Assembly (NCBI RefSeq): GCF_030144855.1
Contig: NC_082715.1
Location: 146,630,001 to 146,694,000, forward strand
Source of the DNA: Hypanus sabinus
Lineage: Eukaryota
Direction: 5' to 3'
Length of the DNA: 64,000 nt
Shown: positions 61,001 through 64,000 of the stretch, piece after piece
Layout: every line of letters starts with the position of its first letter
Numbering within the stretch: the stretch's first letter is position 1
Translations under genes and position numbers: made by a program
Notes under the pieces: generated by a model
Told to the model about the DNA's origin: nothing
Seen by the model: only the letters and a program-made list of their open reading frames with translations
The model's database searches: none

Positions 61001-64000
61001 TTAACAGATATGTCAAGCAAGCTTTCCCTTTACAGAAGCCATGATGACCGACTAATGTAATCATTAGTTTCCAAGTACCCCGAAAATTCATTGTTCCAAA
61101 ACATTCCCTACCACTGAGGTTAGGTTAACTGGTCTATAACTTCCTTTCTTTTGAATTTCTCCCTTCTTAAAGAGTGAAGTGATTTTGCAAACTTCCAGTT
61201 TCTGGGACCATATCATCATCAAGTGAATCGAGCAAGATCATGACCTATTCATCCGCTATCTTCCCAGGAACCTCTTTCTGGACTCAAACATTTGGTCCAG
61301 ATGACTTATCCACCTTATGACCATTCAGTTTGCCTGGCGTTTTTCCTTTGTAATAGCAATGACACTCACTCCTGCTCCCTGACACTCACGCACTGCTAAT
61401 GTCCTCCACAGTGAAGACTGATGCAAAGAACTCATTACGTACATCTGCCATTTTTTTACCTTACTACTATCTCACCAGCATCACTTTCCAATGGCCCAAT
61501 ATCAACTCTCACCTCCCTTTTGCTCCTTGTATAACTGAAAAATCTTTTAGTATCCTGCTTTATATTATTGGCTAGTTTGCCCTCATATTTCATCTTTTCC
61601 ATTCTTACAGATTTTTGGTTGCCTTTTGTTGGATTTTAAAAGCTTTCCACTCACTTGTGCTGCCTTATATGTCATTTCCTTGGCTTTAATGCTGTCCTTA
61701 ACTTCTCTTGTCAACCACGGTTGCCTGCCTATGCTATTTCAGAACTTCTTCTGTGGGACGTATCTATCTTACGCCATGTGACTGTTCCCAGAAACTTCGG
61801 TCTCCTCTACTCTGCCGTCATCCCTGCCAGTATCCTCCTCCAATCTGCCTGGGTACGCTCCTCTCTCATGCTTCTCTAATTCCCTTTATTCCATTGCAAT
61901 ACTGATATATGTGACTCATTCTTCTCCTCTCAGTTTGCAGTATGAATTCAACATGTTATGATCATTGCGTCCTAAATTTCCTTCACGTTAAGCTCCCTGA
62001 TAAGATAAGGATTATTACATAACATTCAGTCCGAGATAAACTTTCCACGAGTGGGCTCAAGCATAAGTTGCACTAAAAATACATTTTGAGGGTATTCAAC
62101 AAATTCCCTCTCTTGTAATCCGACACCAAGCTGATTTTCCCAATCCCTCTGTATATTTAAGTCCCCCCTCTCAATTGTGAGGTTGCTCTTATTACATGCC
62201 CTTTCCAGCTCCCATTTCAATCTCATACCCACCTCTTAGCCACTATTTGGCCTATATATAATTCCCATGATGGATTATTTTTACCCTTGCAGCTTCTTAA
62301 CTCCACCCACAAAGATTCAACATTCTTTGTCCCTATGGCAGTTCTTCCTAAAGATGTAATTCCATCTTATACCAGCAGAGCCACACCAGCGCCTATGCCT
62401 TCCTGCCTGTTGCCTGTCCTTTCGATACAAAGTACATCCTTTGATGTTAAGCTTCTGACTATGGTCTTCTTTCAGCCACGACTTAATGAAGCCCACATCG
62501 TCATACCGACCAATCATTAATTGCACATATTGCAATGGATGTTATTGTATTAAAATGGCAGGGTCGAATTTCGCCAAAAAAAACGATCTTTGGCATTTGG
62601 AAAGGTGAGACTAGGATTGCCTGCATCTTATTCATCAACTAGAACATTTTGATTAGAGTTGTTGCTGGCATTCTTCTGTAGAGTTCTTATTACTTTGACG
62701 TTACCCTTCCCCCTTCCCTTTTGTTTTCTCTCAACTGCTGAGGAGGGAGTGGGAATTATGGATGGGCCCTGTCCATTTGTATACTTAGAGGGTGAAGGAG
62801 GAAATGGGCTTCCTCGGGTGTGCTCAGTTTCACGCTCATCTCCGTAATAATAACGTGGCCTCTGAATGTTCCCTTTGTCCCGGAAGAAGTATCTTGGTCT
62901 AAAACTTTATATGTAAGGAAAGGCGTGGAGCCAAAGGGAATGGCCTATACTTGTGTCTAGCAATCTGGTTTGTGAGTGAATGCCTCTTCCTGAGGCAGGT
63001 GGTCTCCAGGGAACATGTTGCTGTTCCATGCTGAGATGTTGGTGTACCAGAACATTGTGAATGCGATTGATATGAGGAATGAGGTTGGTTTGATAACTTT
63101 GTCATTGACCCTAAGCTCCTAAATCCCCTTTACAGGGGAATGGGGAGATCTCTGTGCCGGTTCCTCGTTGCCCTATTATAGGTATGACCAACATTCCTGC
63201 TACCACTCCGTGGGTGCATAGGATCTCTTCAACAGCCTGAAATCGTTTATGTATTGGGTGCTGAGTAAGAGCGACTCCTCAGAGGTGAGCAGGCTTTCAC
63301 TGGGATTATAAAAAGAACTAGATCCCAGTTTGCCCTTGCTATGTCTTCTCTGGACTTATAGGTAGTCATTGAGCCCTGCGTTTGACTATTTTACTCAATG
63401 CAGTACAAAGTCTTCTGCGTACATTGGCACATTGTACAATAATCTAATATGGATTTCCACACTCGTATGGAGGTGTTGCCAGGCTATGAAGCATACTATG
63501 AATAAGAATTGCTGAATATGCAGGGAAGTATGTCTGATTCAGAAGGCCTTTAAACTCTGGCATTCCGTCGGCATCAGCAGGAGGCGATTCACATATATGC
63601 CTGCAAACTCTGAGTAGCCAAAGGTCCAACGATTCGATAAGAAGTTTATATTGGGCAAATTGCAGCGGCTCCCTATACAGGAACCTGTTTCTGCATGCTT
63701 CATTTAAATCTTTTTAGAAATTCTAGTGCGTGGTCCCTAGCATATGTTCTCCAGGCTTCATTAGCACCTCTAGGCCTTACTTGTGTGGGTGCTATCTCAT
63801 GTGTGCTTGGAAGGCACATGCAATATCCCCATGCATCGTGTTTAAGGTAAGGGTCACCAGGTTCTATCACATAAGCATGAGGTCCCAACCTGTGTGCTCA
63901 GTTTCTACCTTTAAAAAGGAGTCAATTTTTTGTCTTCAGGTAAAATTGTTGCCATATTGTGGAGTTCTGACGCAAATTCTGGTGGTCTGCACACCCTACA

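Larger units (their letters stand above)
39400..63190. repeat. Segmental duplication unit 3 (contains IgL cluster 3)
   Basis: Collinear with units 1 and 2. Similarity ends near 63190. Confidence 0.85.

Noticed and set aside
3510-63190. Possibility that the three units are haplotypes or a pure assembly duplication
   Set aside because: The units differ by many substitutions, indels and kilobase-scale private insertions with empty sites, beyond what is expected of alleles. Local chimeric joins remain possible.
1-64000. Prokaryotic systems, CRISPR arrays, rRNA or genuine tRNA genes
   Set aside because: None seen. The sequence is spliced vertebrate DNA, and the only tRNA-like sequence is SINE-derived.

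Overview
Eukaryotic, repeat-rich DNA, inferred to come from a cartilaginous fish (clustered IgL organisation plus CR1, Penelope and V-SINE-like repeats; species not determinable). The window holds a tandem array of minus-strand immunoglobulin light-chain clusters (leader, intron, germline-joined VJ, intron, C). The C exon is lambda-like (type II). There are three complete clusters, in duplicated units of roughly 18-24 kb. Cluster 1 (10055-12750) is intact but has a one-base change in its promoter octamer. Cluster 2 (31989-34682) has a +1 frameshift just inside the VJ exon and a weakened leader donor. Cluster 3 (55431-57927) has a TAG in FR3 and an AG>AC change at the C-exon acceptor. All three share one VJ junction ([13 protein letters not shown]). 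A fourth, more divergent V gene (688-935) is truncated at CDR1 by a Buster-type hAT transposon that runs off the left edge. The units are mosaics of one another: a 535-bp duplication in unit 2 pairs a unit-3-like copy with a unit-1-like copy, as expected from unequal crossover. The J-C introns carry octamer, PU.1, Runx and paired E-box motifs, a candidate intronic enhancer. The rest is mostly decayed CR1, L1, Rex/L2-like, RTE-like, Gypsy, Penelope (with degenerate hammerhead ribozyme motifs) and SINE sequence, plus two N gaps. Germline-joined light chains are known biology in cartilaginous fish. I see no clearly new biological system; the novelty is in the V lineage, the recombination history and the candidate regulatory elements. 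All alignments were done by eye, repeat family names come from motif recognition, and most repeat boundaries are approximate.
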